Source: Candidatus Liptonbacteria bacterium (lineage in GTDB: Bacteria; Patescibacteriota; Minisyncoccia; UBA6257; 2-01-FULL-56-20). From it: 64,000 bases of DNA. The notes under the pieces were generated by a model. The model made no database searches and was not told where the DNA came from. It saw only the letters and a program-made list of their open reading frames with translations. Position 1 is the stretch's first letter. The number at the start of each line of letters is the position of its first letter. The DNA is taken from positions 4,988-68,987 of the forward strand of contig JACQKU010000014.1 of NCBI GenBank assembly GCA_016204335.1, read 5' to 3'. Shown here piece after piece: positions 28,373 through 37,858 of the stretch. The position numbers were made by a program, and so were the translations under genes.

Positions 28373-31144
28373 ATGTCAATTTTAAAAACGATTTTCGGCG
28401 ATTCAAACGACCGATATATAAAATCTCTCAAGCCGGCAATCGATGAGATAAACGACCTTGAAGAAAAATTCAAGGAATTTTCCGATTCGGAACTGCGCGC
28501 TTTAACCGATGGATTCAAAAATCGCCTGAAAGAAGGCGAGACGCTTGACGACATATTGGTCGAGGCGTTTGCCGCGGTTCGGGAGGTTGCGAAGCGGACG
28601 CTTAGCCAGCGCCCGTTCGACGTTCAGTTAATGGGGGGCATTGTTCTTCATCGCGGCGCGGTTGCGGAAATGGTGACCGGCGAAGGAAAGACGCTCGCCG
28701 CCGTGGCGCCGGCGTATCTCAACGCGCTTGCCGGCGAAGGAGCGCATATCGTGACCGTGAATGAATATCTCGCACGTCGCGACGCCGTATGGATGGGCCA
28801 GATTTACCGCGCGCTCGGTTTGAGCGTTGCTTGTCTGGTGCCGAACGCCGCGTTCGCGTACGACCCTTCCTATACGCAGATTAACGCGGATGCAGACGCA
28901 GATAAACGCGGATATATCAGCGAAAATCAGCGTGAAAATTTGCGAGAATCCGCGCTGTTGGATCGAGAACGCGATTCAACGGGAGGTTTTTTGATACAAC
29001 AGGAATTTTTGCGGCCCGTTTCGAGGCGCGAAGCGTATTTGTCGGACATTGTCTACGGCACAAACCATGAATTCGGATTCGATTATCTTCGCGACAATCT
29101 CGCGTACTCGTTCGAAGACCAAGTCCAAAGCGCGCAGATTAACGCAGATATTGAAATTCACGCGGATCAACGCAGATATAATATCAGCGAAAATCCGCGT
29201 CTCGATCAGCGAAAATCCGCGCACTATTACGCCATCATCGACGAGGTTGACAGCATTCTTATCGATGAGGCAAGGACGCCGCTCATTATTTCCGCTCCGG
29301 ACGCGGAATCGAGCGAGTTCTATAAAACATTTTCAAGAATTGTGGAACGTCTCCAGCCGGAAGAGGACTACAAAGTCGATGAAAAATTCAGAACTGTGAG
29401 CATTAACGATTCCGGAATAGAAAAAGTGGAAAAAATAATCGGCATTCAGAATTTGTACGCTCCGGAAAATCTTCGCTTGGTTCATTTTCTCGAAGAGTGT
29501 CTGAAAGCGAAAACGCTTTTCCGGCGCGACAAGGACTATGTCGTGAAAAACGGAGAAGTGATTATCGTCGACGAGTTTACCGGCAGGATGTTGCAGGGAC
29601 GGAGATACAACGCCGGACTTCATCAGGCGATTGAGGCGAAAGAAGGCGTGTTCGTGAAAGAAGAATCGAGAACATACGCGAAAATTTCGATTCAGAATTA
29701 TTTCAGGATTTATAAAAAAATCGCGGGCATGACCGGCACCGCGCAAACGTCCGCCGAAGAGTTTCACAAAGTGTATAACCTTGAAGTCGTGAGCATTCCG
29801 ACGAACCGGAAGCTTGTTCGGGAGCAGCTGCCGGATGTGATTTATAAAACAGCGGGTGCGAAATGGGACGCGGTTGTGAAAGAAATCGAGGCGTTGCACC
29901 GGCGCGGCCAGCCGGTTTTGGTAGGCACAACTTCGATTGAAAAAAACGAGCGCGTGTCCGAAAAACTCCATCGCGCGGGAATACCTCACGAGGTTTTGAA
30001 CGCGAAGAATAACGAACACGAAGGCGCGATTATCGCGCAAGCGGGCCGGCCGAACGCCGTGACAGTCGCGACGAATATGGCGGGGCGCGGCGTTGACATT
30101 ATTTTGGGCGGGAATCCGCCTTCGCCCGGCGAAGCGGAGAAAATACGGGGATTGGGCGGATTGCATGTCATCGGCACCGAGCGGCATGAAGCGCGCCGGA
30201 TTGACAATCAGTTGCGAGGGAGGGCAGGCAGGCAAGGCGACCCGGGTTCGGCGCAATTTTTTCTGTCGCTTGAAGACGATTTGCTCCGGATTTTCGGCGG
30301 TGACAGAATTAAAAATATGATGGAGACATTCAACCTGCCGGAAGACCAGCCGATTCAGGCGAGTTTTCTTTCGAAAGTAATCGGCCAGGCGCAGGCGAAA
30401 GTGGAAGGATTCAATTTCGATTTGCGGAAACGGCTTCTCGAGTACGACGACGTGTTGAACAAACAGCGAACATCGATTTACAAGCGCAGGCAGGAAATTC
30501 TTGAAAGTATGAATCGCGAGGACGTGGTAAAATTCATTTTCGACGCATCAAGCGAGTATCTCAATGTCCTTGCGAGCGTAGCGAAGCAATCTCCGGAGAT
30601 CGCCGCGGCCGAAGGCCTCGCGATGACGAGGAAGGCTTTCGAGGAAGCGGGAATTGTGGACAAGAATCATCCCTACCCCGAAGACGATTCGCAGGAAAAT
30701 CTGATTGAATTGCTCCACGCGCGGAGCGGAGAAGCCGCGGCCGACCCGTTTTCGAGAAACCGGCTTTTAAGCATTCTCGACCTTCTCTGGATGAACCAGT
30801 TGGACGATTTGGAGGCATTGAGCGAGTCAGTGGGGCTTCGCGCGTACGGCCAAAAAGACCCGATTGTCGAATACCGGCACGAAGCCCGCCGTCTTTTCAA
30901 GGATTTCTGGAACAATTTCAACGGGTGGGTGTTTATGAACATTTTTAAATTAGCGACAAGCGACAAGCGACAAGCGACAAGTTCGCAAATTTCAACTCCT
31001 CCTGTATTGCATGTCGCTAATAGCCATGTCGCAAAAGTTGGCCGCAACGATCCCTGCCCGTGCGGAGCGGTGAACCCGGCAACTGACCAGATATACAAAT
31101 ATAAGAAATGCGGTTTAATCAATGCGTCATATCATAAAAAATAG
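28373..31144 (+). CDS. secA: preprotein translocase ATPase SecA with in-frame repeat insertions
   Basis: DEAD motor (MGGIVLHRGAVAEMVTGEGKT, DEVDSILIDEARTPLIIS), C-terminal zinc motif CPCGA. Two extra segments (~28860-28990 and ~29130-29230) come from related hairpin-forming DNA repeats. A (GCGACAA)x4 tract sits at 30953-30981. Confidence 0.95.
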   Translation: MSILKTIFGDSNDRYIKSLKPAIDEINDLEEKFKEFSDSELRALTDGFKNRLKEGETLDDILVEAFAAVREVAKRTLSQRPFDVQLMGGIVLHRGAVAEMVTGEGKTLAAVAPAYLNALAGEGAHIVTVNEYLARRDAVWMGQIYRALGLSVACLVPNAAFAYDPSYTQINADADADKRGYISENQRENLRESALLDRERDSTGGFLIQQEFLRPVSRREAYLSDIVYGTNHEFGFDYLRDNLAYSFEDQVQSAQINADIEIHADQRRYNISENPRLDQRKSAHYYAIIDEVDSILIDEARTPLIISAPDAESSEFYKTFSRIVERLQPEEDYKVDEKFRTVSINDSGIEKVEKIIGIQNLYAPENLRLVHFLEECLKAKTLFRRDKDYVVKNGEVIIVDEFTGRMLQGRRYNAGLHQAIEAKEGVFVKEESRTYAKISIQNYFRIYKKIAGMTGTAQTSAEEFHKVYNLEVVSIPTNRKLVREQLPDVIYKTAGAKWDAVVKEIEALHRRGQPVLVGTTSIEKNERVSEKLHRAGIPHEVLNAKNNEHEGAIIAQAGRPNAVTVATNMAGRGVDIILGGNPPSPGEAEKIRGLGGLHVIGTERHEARRIDNQLRGRAGRQGDPGSAQFFLSLEDDLLRIFGGDRIKNMMETFNLPEDQPIQASFLSKVIGQAQAKVEGFNFDLRKRLLEYDDVLNKQRTSIYKRRQEILESMNREDVVKFIFDASSEYLNVLASVAKQSPEIAAAEGLAMTRKAFEEAGIVDKNHPYPEDDSQENLIELLHARSGEAAADPFSRNRLLSILDLLWMNQLDDLEALSESVGLRAYGQKDPIVEYRHEARRLFKDFWNNFNGWVFMNIFKLATSDKRQATSSQISTPPVLHVANSHVAKVGRNDPCPCGAVNPATDQIYKYKKCGLINASYHKK

Positions 31145-31295
31145 AGCGAAGTCCGCCGTAGTTTTAACGAAGGAGGACGGAGCGAAAAAAGAGAGCGGAC
31201 AGCCGGTTAAGTACAAACACTGCCATGGGAAAAATCTTTGATATGCTAAAGAACGGAAGCGGAGCCCTGAGCGTAGTCGAAGGGCGGAAGCGGGA

Positions 31296-31321
31296 GGAAA
31301 TATAAGAAGTGCCATGGGAAA
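31296..31321 (+). repeat. 26-bp direct repeat GAAATATAAGAAGTGCCATGGGAAAT flanking the GNAT gene (copy 1)
   Basis: Second copy GAAATATAAGAAGTGTCACGGAAAAT at 31766-31791. Confidence 0.6.
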
Positions 31322-31775
31322 TAGAGATATGGTAATCAGATCGGCAACCAAGAGCGATTTCGATGCGTTATACAAATTGGGAGCAGAAACCCCTGAATTT
31401 AGAGTCAGTCGAAGCGGAGCGTGGATGGATCCGGATGAATTCATGTCCGCGATCGAAAATCCGTCAGGCACTTTTCTTTTGGCCGAATCCGAAGGAGGGG
31501 CGGCTGGATTCATTTACGCGAACCGACAAGATCCAGAACGGGGACCTAAAACAAAGGCAGCATGTCTTGTATATCTTGTAGTCAGACCGGAACATAGAAA
31601 ACAAAAAATCGGGCAGCAGTTGTGGGACGCGTGCCTCGGCGATTTGAAAAAACACATAGTAACCTATGTGTACGGATGGGCGAATGCGGAAAGCGACGGC
31701 AGTATGGTCGGTTTCTTGAAGAAAAACGGTTTTTCCGAAGGACATAAATACGCATGGATGGATAAAGAAATATAA
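31314..31775 (+). CDS. GNAT family N-acetyltransferase
   Basis: VVRPEHRKQKIGQQLW acetyl-CoA motif; 153 aa. Confidence 0.7.
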   Translation: MGNRDMVIRSATKSDFDALYKLGAETPEFRVSRSGAWMDPDEFMSAIENPSGTFLLAESEGGAAGFIYANRQDPERGPKTKAACLVYLVVRPEHRKQKIGQQLWDACLGDLKKHIVTYVYGWANAESDGSMVGFLKKNGFSEGHKYAWMDKEI

Positions 31776-31801
31776 GAAGTGTCACGGAAAATAAAAACTC
31801 T

Positions 31802-32776
31802 ATGAAACTCCTCATCGCGACATATCCGGTGCGCGCTTCCCATCCGCATTTTTTCAAGCCGGCTCATTTGAAGCAGATAAAGAGCATAACCAAAAACAAA
31901 GTGGAAGTGCGCGCAACGGCGGATAAGAAAAAAGCTGAACTGTATGCCAGAGACGCGGACATTATTGCCGGACATCCCGGCGATATCCCGCGACTTGTCG
32001 GCATAAGAAATATCAAGTGGGTGCAATCGTTTTCCGCCGGAGTTGATAAACTGCTTACGCCGGAAGTGATACGGTCGCCGATTGTCGTTACCAATGTTTC
32101 CGGCATTCACGCGACGCCGATTGCGGAACATGTCATCGGTTTTATGCTCACGTTCACGCGCAGATTCCGCGAAACGTGGCTGAATCAGACAAAACACATC
32201 TGGAAGCCGGACCAAACGGTTACCGAATTGAGGGGCAAAACGGTTCTAATCGCTGGACTGGGGAATATCGGCGGGGAAGTCGCGCGGCTTTCGCATTGCT
32301 TTGGGGCGCGTGTGATTGCGGTTTCTCGAAATGCACGAGCAAAACCCCTGTATGTCGACCTTCTCAAAACCGAAAAATATCTGGATTCTTTGCTTCCCGA
32401 AGCGGATTTTGTATGCATTTGCCTTCCGCACACCAAAGATACTCATCATCTTTTTGATATGAGTAAATTCAAACATATGAAGCGAACCGCCATCCTCATC
32501 AATATCGGTAGAGGCGGAATTATAAATGAAAAAGAGCTTGTCGCGGCGTTGAAGAAAAAGATTATCGGAGGCGCGGCGCTCGACGTGACGGAAGAAGAAC
32601 CGCTGTCCCCACGAAGCCCGTTGTGGGATATGGAAAACGTAATCATAACCCCGCATCATTCCGGCATGTCCGAAAAATATATGGACCGCGCGATTGCTCT
32701 TTTTTGCGGCAATCTCAAAAATTTCCTTGCCGGAAAGCCGCTTAAGAACATAGTGAATAAAAAATTGGGATACTAA
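31802..32776 (+). CDS. D-isomer specific 2-hydroxyacid dehydrogenase (PGDH/glyoxylate reductase-like)
   Basis: NAD fold GLGNIGGEVARL, catalytic region RGGIINEKELVAALKKKIIGGAALDV, HH near C-terminus. Confidence 0.8.
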   Translation: MKLLIATYPVRASHPHFFKPAHLKQIKSITKNKVEVRATADKKKAELYARDADIIAGHPGDIPRLVGIRNIKWVQSFSAGVDKLLTPEVIRSPIVVTNVSGIHATPIAEHVIGFMLTFTRRFRETWLNQTKHIWKPDQTVTELRGKTVLIAGLGNIGGEVARLSHCFGARVIAVSRNARAKPLYVDLLKTEKYLDSLLPEADFVCICLPHTKDTHHLFDMSKFKHMKRTAILINIGRGGIINEKELVAALKKKIIGGAALDVTEEEPLSPRSPLWDMENVIITPHHSGMSEKYMDRAIALFCGNLKNFLAGKPLKNIVNKKLGY

Positions 32777-32778
32777 TG

Positions 32779-32863
32779 GCTACGAAATACGAAAAAGTAC
32801 GAATATACGAAATTGAAACAAACAAGATTTTCGTATATTCGTAAGAAATTCGTATTTCGTAGC
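32779..32863 (+). repeat. MITE-like hairpin family 2 (GCTACGAAATACGAA..TACGAATATACGAAA / TTTCGTATATTCGTA..TTCGTATTTCGTAGC)
   Basis: ~34-bp inverted arms; related copies at 37790-37852 and 63246-63332. Confidence 0.75.
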
Positions 32864-32877
32864 TGGGCGAAGCGACT

Positions 32878-33705
32878 ATGAAACTAATCTGCTTAAACAT
32901 CTGGGGCGGGAAATTGTTCGAGCCGTTGGTTGAATTCATCAAGCGTTCCGCGGAAACCGCCGATATTTTTTGTTTTCAGGAAGTGTTTCAAACCCCAGGC
33001 GAACCGCTTTATGGCGAGCTTGCCAGCCCTGAGTTTATCGAAGGGACCGAGCCCAAGCCGCTTCCGAGCGGGGGACATGCCGATATGTTCGCGGTGTTCG
33101 AGAAAATTCTCCCTGATTTTCGGGGGTACTTTGCAAAAAATGAGGAAGGATGGGATTTTCACCAGCCAGTTTCGTTTCCCATTGCGCTCGGCCAGGCATC
33201 GTTCGTCAGAAATGCGTTGACGGTTCGCGCGCACCGGCAAATTTCCGTCTATGAAACGGCAAGCGGAAAAGTCGAAGAAAAATGGGAACGGCCCCGTGGT
33301 ATGCAATACCTTGAAATTGACGACGGCAAAGATATGCCACTCCGCATTTTTAACTTGCACGGTCTTCTTGACTCCGGACACAAACGAGATACGGAGAAAC
33401 GGCTCGCTCATTTCGAGCTCGCGCGGAAATATGTGGACGAAGCCGTGAGCCGAACTATTTTGTGCGGCGACTTTAACGCGTACCCCGATACGCGGAGCGT
33501 TGGGATGTTTGAGGAGAAAATGCGGAATCTTTTAAAAGAATACGGAATGCCGCGGACGCGGAACAGCAACTATGCCGATATGGAAAAGTACTCTGATTAT
33601 TGGGGAGACCATATTTTCGCAACTCCCGATATAAAAGTGAATAACTTCGCGGTTCTTGAAGATATTGTTTCCGACCATATGGCGCTGATGGTTGAGTTTT
33701 CCTGA
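32878..33705 (+). CDS. endonuclease/exonuclease/phosphatase (EEP) family protein
   Basis: MKLICLNIWGG..IFCFQEV N-terminal EEP signature; C-terminal SDH. Confidence 0.65.
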   Translation: MKLICLNIWGGKLFEPLVEFIKRSAETADIFCFQEVFQTPGEPLYGELASPEFIEGTEPKPLPSGGHADMFAVFEKILPDFRGYFAKNEEGWDFHQPVSFPIALGQASFVRNALTVRAHRQISVYETASGKVEEKWERPRGMQYLEIDDGKDMPLRIFNLHGLLDSGHKRDTEKRLAHFELARKYVDEAVSRTILCGDFNAYPDTRSVGMFEEKMRNLLKEYGMPRTRNSNYADMEKYSDYWGDHIFATPDIKVNNFAVLEDIVSDHMALMVEFS

Positions 33706-33849
33706 GCAAAACTAAAATCTCCATAAAAATACTTCACCCTCGACACGATGTGCCGAGGGTTTGGGGCTTGCCCGGCTCCGATGGAGCAGGGCGGTTGGCG
33801 GTGGGCGAGGTTGCATAGGGTTTTCTCCTTTCTGTTGCGGTGGTTGGGT

Positions 33850-34143
33850 CTATCCTCCCAACCCCATCCGCATTTCGTGTAGGATTTGTCTGAGGGCTCG
33901 GAAGAATCCCGCAACCCTCTGGCAGATGTTATAGAAGTCCCATGGAATTCGCTCAGGCATCGGCTCGCGCCGTAGCCAGGCCAGCGTTGATTCCAGCTCG
34001 CCATTGGCGTTGACTCTGACAGGTTGCAAGCGCCCACACTCTGGGCACCCGATTTCCTTCCCCTCTCTCTTTTCCTCCCCCGAGAAATCATCCGCGAGGG
34101 AATTCGAGATGGGTTTATTGCACGTTTTGTTTTCGCAGTTCAC
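33850..34143 (-). CDS. small zinc-ribbon protein (paralog 1)
   Basis: CENKTC..CPECG; similar to the adjacent ORF. Confidence 0.4.
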   Translation of the reverse strand: MNCENKTCNKPISNSLADDFSGEEKREGKEIGCPECGRLQPVRVNANGELESTLAWLRREPMPERIPWDFYNICQRVAGFFRALRQILHEMRMGLGG

Positions 34144-34156
34144 ATTCCCTCCTTTA

Positions 34157-34384
34157 TCAAAGAAGTTCGAGAAGACTGTGAATGTTTTCCGGTGAAATCC
34201 GCGCTACTTCCACGGGGATGATATCCCCATTCGCGGTTGCCAACAGGAATGATCCACAGCGTTGGCATTGGAAGTACTTCTCTCCCGCTTGCTTCGCCAC
34301 AGGAAAAGACGCGGGGTCTATTTCCTGCAGGAATTGGGTTTCACAATCCGGGCACTCGAGCGGTTCCACGTCCTCGGATGTCAT
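34157..34384 (-). CDS. small zinc-ribbon protein (paralog 2), start at MTSEDV with GGAGGTG RBS
   Basis: CPDC..CQRCG; ORF-track N-terminal extension to 34519 looks non-coding. Confidence 0.4.
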   Translation of the reverse strand: MTSEDVEPLECPDCETQFLQEIDPASFPVAKQAGEKYFQCQRCGSFLLATANGDIIPVEVARISPENIHSLLELL

Positions 34385-34680
34385 CGGACACCTCCTTTTT
34401 TCAGCTTGGACCTTCTTATTCTCCTCCAGATTACCTTCTCTTCTTTTTCTTCTCTGTGCCTCAGTATCAAGCGCCGAACCCTTTGCGGAGGCATCCGGTA
34501 TCCTGCCATTTCGCTTCACCTCGCTTTCCGCTGTTATTTGATGTTATGTTGTACCACGAGCCATTCTATCTTTTGATACTTGTTAGCTCGGTCTGGGTTC
34601 TTAATAACAAAATTCATCGGCTTTGTCAAAAAAATAAAGGCGCTGTTCGATAACCCGGAAAAAGCGGAAGAATGAGTAAG

Positions 34681-34700
34681 CACTATGCCATGGCATAGTG
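34681..34700 (+). repeat. 20-bp perfect palindrome CACTATGCCATGGCATAGTG
   Basis: Member of the YTATGC..GCATAR palindrome family. Confidence 0.7.
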
Positions 34701-34796
34701 CCATGGCTTCCTTTAAAACAGTAGTTCCCGAACATCGGCAAAATAATAAGGGGTATTCTTTTAAAACAAAAAATCTATTAAAATGAAAGCAGAACG

Positions 34797-35438
34797 ATGA
34801 AGAAACTTTCTAAAAAAGAGTTTGAAAAACGAAGAAAAAAAGCGCTCGCTATAATCAAGGCGCTGAAAAAGCTTTTTCCGAATCCCAGAATCGCGCTGAA
34901 ATATCGGAATCCGTGGGAACTTTTTGTGTCCGTGGTGCTGTCGGCGCAGTGCACGGACAAGCAGGTGAACAAAGTCACCGCGCCGCTTTTCAGGAAGTAC
35001 AGAACATTGGGCGATTACGCGAAAGTCGGCGTCAAAGAGTTTCAAAAAGACATAAAGTCCACCGGGTTTTACCGCAACAAAGCGAAAAATATTCTGGCCG
35101 CGGCGAAAATGCTTAAACAAAAATTCCGCGGCAAAATCCCGCGCACTATGGAAGAGATGCTGACTTTGCCCGGCATCGGCAGAAAATCGGCGAACGTGAT
35201 TCTGGGCAATGTCTACGGCGTGGTTGAAGGAATTGCGGTTGACACCCATGTCCGCCGGCTTTCGAAAAAACTCGGGTTGACCGACCACGACGACCCGGCG
35301 AAAATCGAACGCGACCTTATGAAGCTGATTCCGCGGAAAGAATGGTTTCCAATTACGTATCGCCTTATCGATTACGGAAGAAAATATTGCGCGGCGCGAC
35401 CTCACGCTCATGAAAACTGCCCGTTATCGAGAATCTAA
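34797..35438 (+). CDS. nth: endonuclease III-like DNA glycosylase (HhH-GPD)
   Basis: LSAQCTDKQVN, HhH LPGIGRKSANVI, VDTHVRR; only two C-terminal Cys, so possibly no Fe-S cluster. Confidence 0.8.
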   Translation: MKKLSKKEFEKRRKKALAIIKALKKLFPNPRIALKYRNPWELFVSVVLSAQCTDKQVNKVTAPLFRKYRTLGDYAKVGVKEFQKDIKSTGFYRNKAKNILAAAKMLKQKFRGKIPRTMEEMLTLPGIGRKSANVILGNVYGVVEGIAVDTHVRRLSKKLGLTDHDDPAKIERDLMKLIPRKEWFPITYRLIDYGRKYCAARPHAHENCPLSRI

Positions 35439-36213
35439 CCCTCCTTCGCCTGTTGAGCTTCGGAAGGGTTCTTCTTCTCTTCTGCTTCGCGACAAATCGC
35501 GAAGTAATAAAGTGAGAAGAAGAAAAGTCGCGGTGTTCGACATTGACGGAACGATTTTCCGTTCGAGCTTGCTTATTGAACTTCTCGAAGCGCTGATTCT
35601 TGAAGGTGTGTTTCGGGCGAACGTCCGAAAGACATATGCCCGCCAATACTCCCGTTGGCACGACAGGAAAGACAGCTACGAGAAATATATCGACGCGGTT
35701 GTCAGAGCGTTCGATTCTCATATCAAAGGAGTGCGGGAAAAAGATTTCGCGCCCGTCGCCGACCGCGTCATCTCGTTTCATCGAAACAGGGTATATCGTT
35801 ATACGAGGGACTTGCTCAAAGAATTGAAGAAAAAGGACTACTATCTTCTTGCGATTTCACATTCGCCGATGTACGTCGTGGGACGTTTCGGCAAACGGCT
35901 CGGTTTCAACAAGGTCTACGGCCGGCTTCTCGAACTCGGCGCGGATAAGCGTTTTACCGGCAAGGGAATTTACGAGGATTTGATTTTTGACAAGGCGAAA
36001 GTTCTGAAGCGTGCCGTTGAAAAAGAACATTTGACGCTTCGGGACTCCGTCGGCGTCGGCGACACAGAATCGGATATTCCGTTTTTAAAAATCGTGGAAA
36101 AGCCGATTTGCTTCAATCCGAACGCCGAGCTTTATAAAGCGGCGAAAAGAAACAAATGGCGCGTCGTGGTCGAGCGAAAAGACATGATTTACAAAATGAC
36201 AAACAACCGTTAA
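35410..36213 (+). CDS. HAD superfamily phosphatase (phosphoserine phosphatase-like)
   Basis: Motif I VAVFDIDGTIF; start uncertain (overlaps nth by 29 nt). Confidence 0.65.
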   Translation: MKTARYRESNPPSPVELRKGSSSLLLRDKSRSNKVRRRKVAVFDIDGTIFRSSLLIELLEALILEGVFRANVRKTYARQYSRWHDRKDSYEKYIDAVVRAFDSHIKGVREKDFAPVADRVISFHRNRVYRYTRDLLKELKKKDYYLLAISHSPMYVVGRFGKRLGFNKVYGRLLELGADKRFTGKGIYEDLIFDKAKVLKRAVEKEHLTLRDSVGVGDTESDIPFLKIVEKPICFNPNAELYKAAKRNKWRVVVERKDMIYKMTNNR

Positions 36214-36216
36214 TCA

Positions 36217-36807
36217 ATGACAAAAGTATTTTTCAACTTCAATTCTGAAGTTGTGAAGATTTTAAAAAGAGGCGGCGCCGGCGTTATGCCTACCGATACA
36301 ATCTACGGAATCGTCGGTTCGGCGATGTCGCGGAAAACGGTTGCCCGGATTTACCGGCTTCGAAAGCGCCGGCCTGACAAGCCGATGATTATTTTGATAA
36401 ATTCGTTCAGCGTTTTGAAAATTTTCGGCATCGTGCCGGACGCACAGACAAAAAAGCTTTTGAAAAGATTCTGGCCCGGCAAAGTGAGCGTAATCTTAAG
36501 AGTCAAGAGTCATGAGTCAAAAATCAAGTTAAAATATCTTCATCGTGGGACGAATTCGCTTGCATTTCGTTTGCCTAAACCCTATTGGCTAAGAAAACTA
36601 TTGGCTAAGACGGGTCCGCTTGTCGCCCCGAGCGCGAATCTTGAAGGAAAAACTCCCGCTACGACGATAAAAGAGGCGCAAAAATATTTCGGCGCTAAAG
36701 CCGATTTTTACGTTGATGCGGGCAAGCTCATCGGCGTTCCATCCGCGATTGTCGCGTTCCGAAGCGGCAAAGCCCTTTTTTTACGGAAAGGCGCAAATGG
36801 AAAATAG
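36217..36807 (+). CDS. tsaC: L-threonylcarbamoyladenylate synthase TsaC/YrdC
   Basis: GGAGVMPTDTIYGI YrdC motif; 196 aa; contains (GAGTCAA)-type heptamer tract at ~36497-36527. Confidence 0.8.
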   Translation: MTKVFFNFNSEVVKILKRGGAGVMPTDTIYGIVGSAMSRKTVARIYRLRKRRPDKPMIILINSFSVLKIFGIVPDAQTKKLLKRFWPGKVSVILRVKSHESKIKLKYLHRGTNSLAFRLPKPYWLRKLLAKTGPLVAPSANLEGKTPATTIKEAQKYFGAKADFYVDAGKLIGVPSAIVAFRSGKALFLRKGANGK

Positions 36808-36861
36808 CGCGTGGTCAATTCAAGAAATTTGGTATACAATAGAAATTGACTTAACAAAAAA

Positions 36862-37137
36862 ATGCCCGAAGAAGACATCGGCAAAATCAAAAAAGAGGAA
36901 CCTCGGTTGCGACGCGAAGTAAAAGAACGGTCGCTTGTATATATTGTGGCGGCGTTCAGTTTGGTCGCGAGTTTGGCGTGGAACGAGGCGATAAAATCGC
37001 TCATAGATTATTTCTTTCCGCTTGGCGCGAATACGCTATTCGCCAAGTTTTTATACGCCGCAACGATTACTTTGTTCGTGGTTTCCATTACGATTTATCT
37101 TGAGCGGCTGTTGAGAAAAGAAACGGAAAAAGATTGA
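36862..37137 (+). CDS. hypothetical small membrane protein
   Basis: 91 aa, two TM helices. Confidence 0.35.
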   Translation: MPEEDIGKIKKEEPRLRREVKERSLVYIVAAFSLVASLAWNEAIKSLIDYFFPLGANTLFAKFLYAATITLFVVSITIYLERLLRKETEKD

Positions 37138-37772
37138 CTATGAAAGGAATTAAAATCCACGACATCAGCAGGCCCATCGGCAGAGGCGAGGCGGTTTATC
37201 CGGGCAACGAGGCGCCCGCGCTGAAAAGAATAAAAGTTTTTTCGAAAGACAAATCCAATCTTTTTTCTTTGAGTTTGGGGCTTCACACGGCGAGCCATCT
37301 TGACGCGCCGCTTCATTATATTAGGAACGGCAAGACGGCGGATAAACTCTCGCTTGAAAAATGCGTTGGCTGGTGCCGCGTCGTAAACTTTGAAAATATC
37401 AAACGAGAAATAGGGGAAACTGAAATTAAAAGAGTCAAGCCCAAAGCGGAAGAAATCATTCTTTTCAAAACCAAAAACTCGAAACTGTCGGCATCCAAAC
37501 GATTCAATAAAAATTTCGTTTATTTGAATGAGTCAGGAGCGCGGTTTTTAGTGAAGTCGAGAATAAAAGCAGTGGGCATTGACGGGCCGTCTATAAGAAA
37601 ATTCCGCCTGAAACCGGACACCGTGCATCCAATTCTTCTCAAAGCCGGAATCGGAGTTTATGAGGGGTTGTATTTTCGCGATGTGAAGCCGGGTCGGTAC
37701 TTTTTCATCGGCTTGCCGCTCAAAATCAAAGACGCCGAGGCGTCGCCGGTTCGGGCGATTTTGATAAAATAA
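37134..37772 (+). CDS. cyclase family protein (kynurenine formamidase-like)
   Basis: HTASHLDAPLHY matches cyclase family HxGTHxDAPxH. Confidence 0.65.
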   Translation: MTMKGIKIHDISRPIGRGEAVYPGNEAPALKRIKVFSKDKSNLFSLSLGLHTASHLDAPLHYIRNGKTADKLSLEKCVGWCRVVNFENIKREIGETEIKRVKPKAEEIILFKTKNSKLSASKRFNKNFVYLNESGARFLVKSRIKAVGIDGPSIRKFRLKPDTVHPILLKAGIGVYEGLYFRDVKPGRYFFIGLPLKIKDAEASPVRAILIK

Positions 37773-37858
37773 ATTGAGTAATCACTGATTATACAAATCC
37801 GCGCAAATATACGAAAATTTGTATATTACTTATTATTCGTATATTCGCGAATGCTCTT

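Noticed and set aside
28860-29230. Intein in SecA
   Set aside because: Inserts are only ~25-50 aa, lack intein blocks (no Cys/Ser at the splice junction, no HN terminal motif) and are encoded by short DNA repeats.
35410-35520. 29-nt overlap of HAD hydrolase start with nth end as sign of frameshift
   Set aside because: Both proteins are complete by motif content; overlap more likely reflects an over-called upstream start for the HAD gene.
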